From NCBI GenBank assembly GCA_964291655.2, contig OZ219801.1:108842-172841 (forward strand): a stretch of DNA of 64,000 nucleotides. The letters are read 5' to 3'. Within the stretch, counting starts at the first letter, position 1; the number at the start of each line of letters is the position of its first letter. This DNA comes from Chloroflexota bacterium (GTDB lineage Bacteria; Chloroflexota; UBA11872; VXOZ01). The notes beneath the pieces were generated by a model. It did not search any database and was not told where the DNA came from. It saw only the letters and a program-made list of their open reading frames with translations. Positions 29,698-39,660 of the stretch are shown here, in pieces. The position numbers and the translations under genes are program-made.

Positions 29698-32481
29698 CTA
29701 TTCTTCCTCAGCGGATCGGCTGCCCGCCAGCAGATTTCGCAAGACATACTGCAACACCCCGCCGTGAAGATAGTAGTCCACTTCGATGGGAGTGTTGATG
29801 CATGCGGTCGCCGAAAATTCTTTTTCATTTCCACGTGCGTCACGTGCACGCACTTTCAAAGTCTTGCGCGGCGACAATCCTGCTGCGATGCCTTCGATAG
29901 CATAGGTCTCCTTGCCGTTGAGGCCTAGAGACTCTGCATCTTCGCCTTCCTCATACTGCAATGGCAAAACGCCCATGCCGATGAGATTGCTGCGATGGAT
30001 GCGCTCGTAACTTTCGGCGATAACGGCGCGCACACCGAGGAGCAGCGGACCCTTGGCAGCCCAGTCCCGGCTGGAACCCATGCCATAGTCCTTACCCGCA
30101 AGGAGGACAAGGGGCACCTCGTCACGCTCGTACTGCTTGGCAGCATCGTAGATGGTCATTTCTTCTTCGCTTGGCAGGTGAAGCGTCCAGCCGCCCTCTC
30201 GTGAAACGAGTTGATTGCGCAGCCGCACATTGGCAAACGTGCCCCGCATCATGACCTCATGGTTGCCCCGGCGCGAACCGTAGGAATTGAACTCCTTGGA
30301 TTGCACGCCCTGGTCGATGAGGTACTTGCCCGCGGGGCTGTCTTTGGCGATTGAGCCTGCGGGCGAAATGTGATCGGTGGTCACCGAGTCGCCAAGCACC
30401 GCCAGCACACGCGCGCCCGCAATGTCGATCGGAGAGCCGGGCTCGGCCGCCATATCTGTAAAGAACGGCGGCTGACGCACGTAGGTAGACGATGGTTCCC
30501 ACTCGAAAAGCCTACCTTCCGGCACTGCCAGGGTCTCCCACTCAGACATTCCCTCGAAGACTTTGTCATATTGCGAGCGGAACATCTCCGCATCCACCAC
30601 ACGCGTCATTGCGTCGGCAATTTCGCGCTGGCTCGGCCAAATGTCGCGCAGGTAGACGGGCCGTCCTGCGCCATCGTGTCCGATGGGTTCGTTCGTCAAA
30701 TCCGTATTGACCGTTCCGGCCAACGCGTACGCAACCACGAGAGGAGGCGAGGCGAGATATGACGCCCGCACCAAGGGATGAATTCGTCCTTCGAAATTTC
30801 GGTTGCCGCTGAGCACCGCCGCCACTGCCATTTCGTGATCGCTGATCGTCTCTTCAAGTGGAGAAGCCAGCGGGCCGCTGTTGCCAATGCAGGTAGTGCA
30901 GCCGTAGCCTACGAGGTGAAAGCCAAGCGCTTCCAAATGCGGCACCAGGTCGAGCTTCTCTAAGTAGTCCATTACTACGCGCGAGCCGGGGGCCAAGCTC
31001 GTCTTTACCCACGGCTTGCGGCCAATGCCGGCGGCGACGGCATTCTTCGCCAAGAGGCCCGCGCCAATCATGACGGCAGGATTGGAGGTATTCGTGCAGC
31101 TTGTAATGGCCGCGATCACCACTGCGCCTTCGCCAATCCTGGCAGGCACGCCATCCAACGAGACATCAACGCTTGCGGACGGATCCGCGACCGCAACCGA
31201 GCCGCCAGGTTGCGCAACTGTTGCCGCGACGCCGTTTCCTCCCCCACCAGCCCCGTTGCCATTGGTCTGTGCAAACTTGTCCGGATACGCCTCATGAAAG
31301 CTCTGCCGCACGCCGTGCAACGGCACACGGTCTTGGGGGCGTTTGGGTCCGGCCAGACTTGGCTCAACCGATGACAAGTCAAGTTCCAAGATGTCGGTAA
31401 ACACCGGCTCCGCATCGGAGGGTCGGTAGAACATACCTTGTTCCTTGCAGTACGCCTCGACGAGTTTAACCAGGTCTTTATCGCGCCCGGTAAGGCGCAG
31501 GTAGCGGAGCGTCTCGTCGTCTATCGGGAACATTCCCACAGTCGCGCCGTATTCCGGGGCCATGTTCGAAATCGTCGCGCGGTCCGGCAAGCTCAACGAT
31601 GCCATGCCCGGGCCGCAAAACTCCACGAACTTGCCCACAACCCCATGCTGCCGCAGCATCTGTGTCACGGTGAGTACGAGGTCGGTAGCGGTAGCGCCCT
31701 CCGGTAGCCGGCCGCTGAGCCGAAAACCGACCACATCCGGGACTAATAGAGAGATAGGCTGGCCGAGCATCACCGCTTCGGCCTCAATGCCGCCCACGCC
31801 CCAGCCCAGCACACCGAGACCGTTGATCATTGTCGTGTGGGAGTCTGTGCCCACGAGCGAATCCGGGTACGCCGTGAGCTCGCCGTCTCGCGCATCGGCA
31901 AAGACGACTTTTCCGAGATATTCCAGGTTGACCTGGTGAACGATTCCTGTGTCCGGCGGTACGATGCTGAAGTTGTCAAAAGCCTTCTGTCCCCAGCGCA
32001 GAAACGCGTAGCGTTCCTGGTTGCGGGCAAACTCTCGCTCGGCATTGATGGCGAAAGCCTCAGGCATACCGTACACGTCCACCTGCACCGAATGATCGAT
32101 AATGAGATCGGCTGGTTGCAAAGGATTGATGCGATTGGGATCTCCCCCTAAGTCGCTGATTGCTTCCCGCATCGCCGCCAGGTCTACCACCGAAGGCACG
32201 CCGGTAAAGTCCTGGAGGATCACGCGCGCAGGAGTGAAGTTGATCTCTCGCGCCTCGGCTTGATTTGGCTCCCAATTCGCAAGGGCAACCACGTCGTCGC
32301 GCAGCACCGAATGTCCGTCTTCGGTGCGCAGCAAGCTCTCGAGCAACACCTTGATAGAAAAAGGCAGCTGCGCCACGTTCCCAATTCCCAGGTCTTCAAG
32401 CGCCGCGAGACGGTAAATTGTGTGGGCGTTCCCACCAATAGAGATCGACGACTTGCTGTCAAAGCTATTCACAGTGCTCAT
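29698..32481 (-). CDS. acnA: Aconitate hydratase A
   Basis: About 927 aa from ATG 32481 (MSTVNSFDSK..). Blocks VLLESLLR, DHSVQVD, VGTDSHTTM, ITSCTNTSNP, GCTTCIGNSG and GSSRDWAAKG. Confidence 0.92.
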   Translation of the reverse strand: MSTVNSFDSKSSISIGGNAHTIYRLAALEDLGIGNVAQLPFSIKVLLESLLRTEDGHSVLRDDVVALANWEPNQAEAREINFTPARVILQDFTGVPSVVDLAAMREAISDLGGDPNRINPLQPADLIIDHSVQVDVYGMPEAFAINAEREFARNQERYAFLRWGQKAFDNFSIVPPDTGIVHQVNLEYLGKVVFADARDGELTAYPDSLVGTDSHTTMINGLGVLGWGVGGIEAEAVMLGQPISLLVPDVVGFRLSGRLPEGATATDLVLTVTQMLRQHGVVGKFVEFCGPGMASLSLPDRATISNMAPEYGATVGMFPIDDETLRYLRLTGRDKDLVKLVEAYCKEQGMFYRPSDAEPVFTDILELDLSSVEPSLAGPKRPQDRVPLHGVRQSFHEAYPDKFAQTNGNGAGGGGNGVAATVAQPGGSVAVADPSASVDVSLDGVPARIGEGAVVIAAITSCTNTSNPAVMIGAGLLAKNAVAAGIGRKPWVKTSLAPGSRVVMDYLEKLDLVPHLEALGFHLVGYGCTTCIGNSGPLASPLEETISDHEMAVAAVLSGNRNFEGRIHPLVRASYLASPPLVVAYALAGTVNTDLTNEPIGHDGAGRPVYLRDIWPSQREIADAMTRVVDAEMFRSQYDKVFEGMSEWETLAVPEGRLFEWEPSSTYVRQPPFFTDMAAEPGSPIDIAGARVLAVLGDSVTTDHISPAGSIAKDSPAGKYLIDQGVQSKEFNSYGSRRGNHEVMMRGTFANVRLRNQLVSREGGWTLHLPSEEEMTIYDAAKQYERDEVPLVLLAGKDYGMGSSRDWAAKGPLLLGVRAVIAESYERIHRSNLIGMGVLPLQYEEGEDAESLGLNGKETYAIEGIAAGLSPRKTLKVRARDARGNEKEFSATACINTPIEVDYYLHGGVLQYVLRNLLAGSRSAEEE

Positions 32482-32696
32482 CAATTCCCTCGGATCACGT
32501 ACCAAAGAATTCCAATACAGGTCTGAGGCTCACTCAGAGTTCTGAGTAGAGGATACTATACTCCGCTCATTTCAACACGTGATACGGTTGTACGGACCTT
32601 GTTGCCTCCCTACGGTGCTTCTTGTAGCAGGGGTGTTTGCGGGGTATAGTGAGCTCAATTGGGCGCCAGACCACCGAGACATGGTGGAAATGCACA

Positions 32697-33527
32697 GTGA
32701 AACTCTCCCTGTCAGGTAGAATCGCCGAAGCCGAGGACGTAAAGGACTTCTCTTCTCTCGACTTTGGCGGCTTGGTGCAGCTTGCCGCCCGTGTCGGCTT
32801 CAACGCCGTTTGCGTGCGGCCCACACATCTATCTAGTGAAACTCCGCTTGAACGCGTGCGCGAAATGCGTGCCATCCTCGAGTGTCACGGATTAGCGGCC
32901 TCGATGGTCACCGCGGACTCTCGTGTGTCACGGGAAGGCAGCGTTCCTGACTCAGGCGCCCCGCTGCAAAATCTCGGACCAATTCTAGAACGCGCCAACG
33001 CTCTCGGTGCAGACCTCATTCGCGTGGGCGTGAAGAGTGTGGACGACGTGGTCTGGGCGCAGCGAGCAGCGGACCAAGCCCGCGAACTCGGCATTCGGCT
33101 CGCCCAACAGACTCACACCGGCACACCGTTTGAAACCGCCGCGGGCTGCCAGGAAATGATCGCACGCATCAACCGAGCCAACTTCGGTCTCGTCCTCGAA
33201 CCTGCAAACTTTGCGCTCTGTGGAGAGGACTATGGCGCGGCAGCCTTGGCTCCGGTCGGCCCGTCCGTCTTCAACGTCTATGTGCAGAACTTGCGGGTCA
33301 CAGACCGCGGCGATTCCTCCGTCGAGACTAATCGCGGCAAGGTACGCTATGAACGGCTGATAATTGGCGACCCGGCGGGAATTGACTTGCCGCGATTCTT
33401 TGACGGGCTTTCCGCTATTGCATATCACGGCTATGTGACCTCTCACCAACCCGCAATCCCGGCACTTTCCGAGCGCAGCCTGTGCGATCAGGTGTATGCA
33501 TCGCTTGCCCGCTTCGTAGGTTCCTAG
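32697..33527 (+). CDS. Sugar-phosphate isomerase/epimerase (xylose-isomerase-like TIM barrel)
   Basis: GTG 32697 (VKLSLSGRI..) preferred to the track TTG 32637. AP-endonuclease-2/TIM-barrel-like blocks FNAVCVRP, ADLIRVG and LVLEPANF. Confidence 0.65.
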   Translation: MKLSLSGRIAEAEDVKDFSSLDFGGLVQLAARVGFNAVCVRPTHLSSETPLERVREMRAILECHGLAASMVTADSRVSREGSVPDSGAPLQNLGPILERANALGADLIRVGVKSVDDVVWAQRAADQARELGIRLAQQTHTGTPFETAAGCQEMIARINRANFGLVLEPANFALCGEDYGAAALAPVGPSVFNVYVQNLRVTDRGDSSVETNRGKVRYERLIIGDPAGIDLPRFFDGLSAIAYHGYVTSHQPAIPALSERSLCDQVYASLARFVGS

Positions 33528-33553
33528 TGCCAGACCCAAACCCGCATAGTTCG

Positions 33554-33573
33554 TCTCTCTGACGTCAGAGAGA
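33554..33573. other. Perfect 20-bp palindrome tctctctgacgtcagagaga
   Basis: Exact palindrome 27 nt downstream of the stop at 33527. No U-tract follows. Confidence 0.5.
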
Positions 33574-33794
33574 GGCTCCGATAGCTCTCCCCGTGTCCAT
33601 CCGGAATTCAGGACAACCGAGTATTCTTCGGGCAGATAATTGCAAAGTATCTGTGTTCGCAGCACGCGACTAAGTTAAAAAAGCCTTGCGGCCTTGATGC
33701 AGCCGGCACTAGGTGACGCTATACTAACGACAATAGTCATTCCGCGTAGCACCGAAGCTCAAAATAGCAATTCTCACTATGGGAGGAAAAGGCC

Positions 33795-34211
33795 ATGGCA
33801 TCGACTCTGGTTCACGTAGGAGTGCGCGCCAGTGACATTGACAAGACTATTCACTTTTGGCGTGACGCGCTCGGTCTTGAAGTAGTCAACGAACTGCACC
33901 ACGGCTTTGATCTCAGTGACGGCTATCACAACTTTCGGGTCTTTCAACACGAGGGGCCGGACCGTCCGGCGCACGTGTCCGGTATGCTGGACTATCTTCA
34001 TATTGGTGTGAAAGTTTCGGACTTGGCAGAGGCTGCCACACGGCTCGCCGACTTGGGGTACGAGATATTCTGGGAAGGCGTGAGTGAAGGCCAAGAGTAC
34101 TCGTACGACCCGTCCAAACCGCCTTCCGGCTCATTCAAAGTGGAAGACCCCGACGGTATCGTGGTGGACGTCACCGCGAGCAGCGACCAGTGGCCGGGGG
34201 TGGACCTGTGA
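33795..34211 (+). CDS. VOC (glyoxalase) family protein
   Basis: 138 aa. LVHVGVRASDIDKTIHFWRDALGL and YLHIGVKVSDL blocks. Its stop overlaps the next GTG (GTGA at 34208-34211). Confidence 0.7.
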   Translation: MASTLVHVGVRASDIDKTIHFWRDALGLEVVNELHHGFDLSDGYHNFRVFQHEGPDRPAHVSGMLDYLHIGVKVSDLAEAATRLADLGYEIFWEGVSEGQEYSYDPSKPPSGSFKVEDPDGIVVDVTASSDQWPGVDL

Positions 34212-35305
34212 GCGAGCAGTATCGGGTTGCCATCATCGGTACCGGCCGCATGGGCGGCCTCATCGAAGACGAGCAGGACATCCGGGGGTTCATGACGCCT
34301 TACGGCCACTATCCCGGCTATGCGTCCATGCCGGAGACGACGGTCGTCGCCGTTGCCAACCGCGGCAAGGAGCGCCTTGAAAGATTCTGCAAGCGATTTG
34401 GTTTCTCCAACGGTTATCTCGACTACCGTGAGATGATTGCAAAGGAAAAGCCGGACATCGTCAGTGTTACCACGCCGTCATTTGCGCGCGCCGAACCGAT
34501 CATATTCTGTGCCGAAAACGGCGTGCGGGGAATCTTTTCCGAAAAAGGTCTGTGCGCCTCGCTGGCAGAAGCGGACCGCATCCACGAGGCGGTGACGCGC
34601 AACAACGTCGCCTTCAATTGGGGCACGCAGCGGCGTCATCACGATGCTTACAAGCGGCTGCGCGCCGCCATTCTGGATGGAGCCATCGGCAAACCGCTGC
34701 ACGCATTTGTGTACTTCTCCACGGACATCATCAAGCACCATCCACACACCATAGACGCTGCCAACATGATGCTAGGTGACCCGAAGCCGACATGGGTCGA
34801 GGGACGCTTGGTTGATCCCAGCGATCCACGTGTCAGGAACAACGAACGGGCGTCGGCTCCTTATGACTCTGAGAAACACGCCTTTGTGCCAAAGCAAGGC
34901 CAGGAAATTGCCGATCCCTTGGTGGACTTCTTCCGCATTGGCTACGAGACCGGTCAGGAAAGCTACTTTATTCCCACGCCCGGCCCGTTTGACGTGGAAG
35001 TACGCGGCACGGAGGGGCGTGCGCTTGCCTTGGACAACGGCATCAACACGCGCATACAGCGGCCGCTGCGACGCGGCGATGAATTGGAAGAGACGATCAT
35101 CCATGCCATTGGCGATGGGCCGACGGTGACGAACATCCGCAATCTCATCCGCGAGATTGAGACCGGCGAGCGGACAGACGGCAATATCGACCGCGTCATG
35201 CAGACCGTGGAAGCCCAATTTGGCGTAGCGCATTCTTCGTTGCAAGGTGGCGCGCGCGTGTCGCTGCCGGTTGCTGATAGGAGTCTTTATATTCCGGGCG
35301 GCTAG
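34208..35305 (+). CDS. Gfo/Idh/MocA-family oxidoreductase (divergent)
   Basis: GTG 34208 (VSEQYRVAIIGTGRMG). The EKP position reads FSEKGLC. Translationally coupled to the VOC gene. Confidence 0.75.
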   Translation: MSEQYRVAIIGTGRMGGLIEDEQDIRGFMTPYGHYPGYASMPETTVVAVANRGKERLERFCKRFGFSNGYLDYREMIAKEKPDIVSVTTPSFARAEPIIFCAENGVRGIFSEKGLCASLAEADRIHEAVTRNNVAFNWGTQRRHHDAYKRLRAAILDGAIGKPLHAFVYFSTDIIKHHPHTIDAANMMLGDPKPTWVEGRLVDPSDPRVRNNERASAPYDSEKHAFVPKQGQEIADPLVDFFRIGYETGQESYFIPTPGPFDVEVRGTEGRALALDNGINTRIQRPLRRGDELEETIIHAIGDGPTVTNIRNLIREIETGERTDGNIDRVMQTVEAQFGVAHSSLQGGARVSLPVADRSLYIPGG

Positions 35306-35463
35306 AGTCCGGCGCGTTAACTCGCAACAATTCCAGCCGATTGTAAACCTCCGCACTGGGGAAATCAAGGCAAACGGTTTGGCGCGATTGTAGATTGCCT
35401 GTCATTCCTGCCGATGGTTTGTAACTCAGGCATTGGCCGGGGTCCAGAGACAAGGAGTAGATA

Positions 35464-35487
35464 GATTTCCGCTTTTGCGGGAGTGAC
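35464..35487. repeat. REP-like hairpin, family B (inverted copy)
   Basis: gatttccgcttttgcgggagtgac is the reverse complement of gtcactcccgcaaaagcggaaatc. Confidence 0.8.
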
Positions 35488-35614
35488 AGTTAGAGGCGGC
35501 ATCCGGAAACTAAATTCAGCTACAAATTATGTAGATGTCGTCGGAAGTTTCGGTCAGAAGAGCAGTCTAGACTAAGTGGCATTAGGTGGCCCGTAAGCAT
35601 GAGGAGTAGATAGG

Positions 35615-36691
35615 ATGGCAAAGACTTACCGCGCAGCGCTTATCGGCTGTAGCCGCATGGGAGCTTTCATAGACAACGAAGTGAGATCAAGCCGCTCAAT
35701 AACGCTTCCCTACTCTCACGCTGCGGGCTATGAGGCATGTGAGCGTACCGATTTGATTGCCGGCGCTGATTTGCGGCAGGACGTGTTGGAGCAGTTTGGC
35801 AGCCGCTACAATGTGAGTTCCGACCACTGGTATACGAACTACCGCGACTTGATTGCCAATGAGCAGCCGGACATTCTCAGCATTGCCACGCAACCGGAGC
35901 AACGCTGTGAAATCATCCTTCATGCAATTGAGCAAGGCGTCCGCGCGCTCTATGTGGAAAAACCTCTCTGCGCCTCGGTAGCGGAGGCCGAAGCCATACG
36001 CGACGCTGTCCGTGCCAACAACGTAGCCTTGAACATGGGCACCAATCGCCGCTGGCACAACGGCTTTGAGGCGATGCGCGCCAAGATCAACTCGGGCGAC
36101 TTTGGCGATCTCCGCACGCTCACCATATTCTCTACGGGAAGCTTCTTCAATACGGCAAGTCACTTCTTCGATCTCCTGCTGTATCTCAATAGCGATGTCG
36201 CGCCCAAATGGGTGCAGGCCTACGTCTTTCGTTTTGACGAGCTCGTCGTGGGCACGGAAGTGCGCGACGATCCCGCGGGCACGGGCACCATGATGTTTGA
36301 GAACGGCGTCTTGGGCTATGCTCTGGACGGTTCCAGACGCACTGAGTTCGAGGCAGTGTGCGGCAACGGTGTAATAACGGCGTTGAACAATGGCGCAGAA
36401 ATTCGCACGCGCACGCAGGCGCCGGACTCATCAGCAGACGGGCCAAATCTAGACTTTGATGAGGCAAGCAGCACGCTGAACCTCGTCAACGATCTTGTGC
36501 ACGCGCTGGACACGGGTGAGCCAGTTCGTGGAGGGTCTGCCGTGGCCTATTGGAACACCCAGATCATTTTCGGGTTCATCGAGTCGCATCGGCGTGGAGG
36601 TGCGCGAGTCGAGCTCCCGTTGACTAACCATGACTTGCGATTCGTCCGGCACGACCACGTGGCACGCCAGCCGAAGTACGCACCCGGCTAG
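35615..36691 (+). CDS. Gfo/Idh/MocA-family oxidoreductase, tandem paralogue 1
   Basis: 358 aa. MAKTYRAALIGCSRMGAF N-terminus, YVEKPLC motif. 283/358 identical, ungapped (hand count), to the ORF at 37280-38356. Confidence 0.8.
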   Translation: MAKTYRAALIGCSRMGAFIDNEVRSSRSITLPYSHAAGYEACERTDLIAGADLRQDVLEQFGSRYNVSSDHWYTNYRDLIANEQPDILSIATQPEQRCEIILHAIEQGVRALYVEKPLCASVAEAEAIRDAVRANNVALNMGTNRRWHNGFEAMRAKINSGDFGDLRTLTIFSTGSFFNTASHFFDLLLYLNSDVAPKWVQAYVFRFDELVVGTEVRDDPAGTGTMMFENGVLGYALDGSRRTEFEAVCGNGVITALNNGAEIRTRTQAPDSSADGPNLDFDEASSTLNLVNDLVHALDTGEPVRGGSAVAYWNTQIIFGFIESHRRGGARVELPLTNHDLRFVRHDHVARQPKYAPG

Positions 36692-36731
36692 AGCCATGCA
36701 ACCGGCCTCAGTCATTCCCTGCAAATGTCAG

Positions 36732-36975
36732 GTAATTCGTTGACAGATTTGAGAACAAAAGCAGCTGAACGCAGTACTCTACATGAACAGTACACATGTC
36801 ATTCCGAACGGAGCGCAGCGAAGAGTCGCTCGGAGCGCGGAATCTAAGATGTTGAGCCTATCGGGCGACACGTTGCATGGGCCCTAGATTCCGCGAACAG
36901 GGTTCGACGCTCCGCTCGGATTGACATGATCTGTCAACACTGCCAATTTGGGAGAGAATTCTGTCAACGAATTAC
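36732..36975. mobile_element. MITE-like element candidate bounded by perfect 15-bp inverted repeats, enclosing a family-E palindromic element
   Basis: gtaattcgttgacag (36732-36746) and ctgtcaacgaattac (36961-36975) are exact reverse complements. No coding capacity and no clear target-site duplication. Confidence 0.45.
36795..36928. repeat. MITE/REP-like palindromic element, family E (copy 2)
   Basis: Starts catgtcattccgaacggagcgcagcgaagagtc and ends agattccgcgaacagggttcgacgctccgctcggattgacatg. The arms are mutually complementary at both ends, and the termini match the copy at 9889-9978. Confidence 0.8.
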
Positions 36976-37279
36976 TCAACACATGCAATTCCCCGCGACA
37001 GTGGGGGTCTTGGAGGACGAACAAGAGGCCGCTGAATCCTAAATGGTGGCGTGGATGAAAGGCGATATTCAGGTGGGCCCGCTAGATCTAGTTTACGGGC
37101 GCTAATCAGTGGTACAAGCCAACCTGCCATGGCGAATAAGATGGGTTCCCGCCCTCATGGAAACAACGGACTCAGGCTGCTTCTGTCCTTCGACAGCGAA
37201 GACATAATGGCCGAGACTCCAGTGCCGTGAATCCATAGCTGCTGCCACTGCGCAATGCTTCATCTGAGGGGTTTCAACT

Positions 37280-38356
37280 ATGGCAAAGACATACCGCGCC
37301 GCGCTTATCGGCTGTAGCCGCATGGGAGCATTCATCGACAATGAACACCAAGGCATACCCTCGATACCGCTGCCGTATTCCCATGCCGCCGGCTATGAGG
37401 CCTGTCCACGCACCGACCTCGTAGCGGGCGCCGACCTTCGTTCGGAAGTGCTGGCAAAGTTTGGCGAACGCTACAACGTGGGACCAGATCATTGGTACAC
37501 TAATTACCGCGAGTTAATTGCTAACGAACAGCCCGAAATCCTCAGTATCACCACGCAGCCGGAGCAGCGTTGCGAGATAATTCTGCATGCCATCGAGGCG
37601 GGTATTCGCGCGCTCTATGTTGAGAAACCGCTCTGTGCCTCGGTTGCGGAGGCTGAAGCCATCCGCGATGCTGTGCGCGCCAACAACGTCGCCTTTAGTA
37701 TGGGCACTAACCGACGCTGGCACTATGGATTCGCGGCAATGCATGCCAAGATTCACTCCGGGGACTTTGGCGACTTACGCACTTTGGTCAACTACTCAAC
37801 TGGTCAATTCTTCAATGGATTTAGTCACTTCATCGACCTATTCATGTTTCTCAACAACGACGTGACGCCGCAATGGGTGCAGGCCTTTGTCTTTCAATTT
37901 GATGAACTCGTTGTGGGCACCGAGATACTGCAGGACCCGGCGGGAACAGGCACCATAATGTTCGAAAACGGCGTCCTCGGCTATGGGCTGGACAGTTCCA
38001 GACGTGCCGAGGTCGAGGCGGTATGCGAAAGAGGTATGATTGCGGCGTTGAATAACGGCGTGGAATTTCGTACGCGCAGCAAGGACATGGACTCGTCGGA
38101 GGACGGGCCAAATCTCGACTTCGAACAGAAGAGTGCGACCCTGATCCTCGTTGAGGACATCGTATCTGCGCTTGACACGGGCGAGCCGACCCGCGGCGGC
38201 GCGGAGGTGGCGTACTGGAACACCCAGATCATATTCGGTATGATCGAGTCGCACCGCCGGGGCGGCGCGCGTGTCGAGTTGCCCTTGACCAATCACGATC
38301 TGCGTTTCATCCGCCACGGCCACGTCGCAAGCCAACCAAAGTACGCGCCCGGCTAG
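37280..38356 (+). CDS. Gfo/Idh/MocA-family oxidoreductase, tandem paralogue 2
   Basis: 358 aa, same length and termini (MAKTYRAALIGCSRMGAFIDNE ... QPKYAPG) as 35615-36691. Confidence 0.8.
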   Translation: MAKTYRAALIGCSRMGAFIDNEHQGIPSIPLPYSHAAGYEACPRTDLVAGADLRSEVLAKFGERYNVGPDHWYTNYRELIANEQPEILSITTQPEQRCEIILHAIEAGIRALYVEKPLCASVAEAEAIRDAVRANNVAFSMGTNRRWHYGFAAMHAKIHSGDFGDLRTLVNYSTGQFFNGFSHFIDLFMFLNNDVTPQWVQAFVFQFDELVVGTEILQDPAGTGTIMFENGVLGYGLDSSRRAEVEAVCERGMIAALNNGVEFRTRSKDMDSSEDGPNLDFEQKSATLILVEDIVSALDTGEPTRGGAEVAYWNTQIIFGMIESHRRGGARVELPLTNHDLRFIRHGHVASQPKYAPG

Positions 38357-38655
38357 GTTCTACCGGCAATGCAGGTAATTCCGATTGGAAGTGAGGAGTC
38401 TAGAGCCGCTCAGGTACTGACACTCGCACTTGTACTTAAGCATGGCACGAACATCAACGGATAGCGAGCGACAATAGTTCGGAAGTGTCGCCTCTCCGCG
38501 CAATCGCACAATCAATCTTCAAGTCAAGACAGATTCTCGCTTGCGTAGGACTGACGGCGAACAGTTGTTTGGTGCCGTTGTCTCGGTCCCCTTAAGCGAT
38601 GTGTGCGAACAATTGGAGAGTCCGACATTTTCATGTGGAGAAAGGCGAGAGCAAT

Positions 38656-39633
38656 ATGGCTGAAATGATGTGGCGAGTCGCCAAGCATGAGGGTTTAGGC
38701 AACATTGTCATGGAGCATGTGCCCATACCCGACCTCGGGCCCCATGAAGTGCTCGTGCGCGTTCACGCCAGCTTGATTAGCCGCGGATCGGAACTTTGGC
38801 GACGCTACGTCATGCCCGGCCCGGTCGACCCTGGCTCAATGGGGTATTCCACGGCAGGCACAATCGTGCAAGTTGGCAGCGACGTAACCGGATACGCGCC
38901 CGGCGACCGCGTCGCATGCACGGCGCCCCACGCTGAATTTGCGATAGGTGACGTGAGTTCCACCGCGCGCAAACGTGTGACGCCGTTGCCCGACGACCTT
39001 CCCTTCGAGAGCGGCACCTTCCAACCTCTATCGACCAGCGCATTTGGCTGGACCGCGACCGCGGGAATTTTGCCGCAACATACCGTAATTGTCCTCGGCC
39101 TTGGGTTGGTGGGAAACCTGGTGATGCAGGCCGCCACCCGCTTTCTGCCCGCGCACCTTTGCGGAATTGACATGCTGCCTTTACGGCTTCAGCTAGCAGA
39201 GCAATTGGACATTGGCGAGATCATTGACGGAACTGCTCACGATCCGGTGCGAGCCGTCCTGGAACGGACTAAGGGCAATGGAGCCGACATCGTTATCGAT
39301 TGCGTAGGCGGGCGCGCAGGATTAGAGTCGTTTCGGCAAGCGCAAGACATGCTCGTCGCAGGCGGTCTGCTGCAACTCATTGGCCTCTACCACGACGATC
39401 CCTTGCCGCTCGATGCGGGGAAAATACAGCGCAAGCGGCTTATTGGCGGGTACCTGCCGGACACGGATGTGGAGGCCATGGCCCATGCGGCGGTGCGGTC
39501 GTTAGCCAGCGGCCTCATTCAATCCACGCCGCTGATTACCCACCGCTTCCCCGGCAATCAAGCAAAAGAAGCCTTTGACCTACTCTATGAACGACCTGAT
39601 GACGCCATGGGCGTAATTCTGGAGTGGACGTAA
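38656..39633 (+). CDS. Medium-chain (zinc-type) alcohol dehydrogenase/reductase family protein
   Basis: ATG 38656 preceded by GGAGAAAGG. GroES-like N-terminal region (HEVLVRVHASLISRGSE) and Rossmann block VLGLGLVGNL. Confidence 0.75.
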   Translation: MAEMMWRVAKHEGLGNIVMEHVPIPDLGPHEVLVRVHASLISRGSELWRRYVMPGPVDPGSMGYSTAGTIVQVGSDVTGYAPGDRVACTAPHAEFAIGDVSSTARKRVTPLPDDLPFESGTFQPLSTSAFGWTATAGILPQHTVIVLGLGLVGNLVMQAATRFLPAHLCGIDMLPLRLQLAEQLDIGEIIDGTAHDPVRAVLERTKGNGADIVIDCVGGRAGLESFRQAQDMLVAGGLLQLIGLYHDDPLPLDAGKIQRKRLIGGYLPDTDVEAMAHAAVRSLASGLIQSTPLITHRFPGNQAKEAFDLLYERPDDAMGVILEWT

Positions 39634-39660
39634 CGGCAAGTAAGTCCCGCCGCCTCCGCT

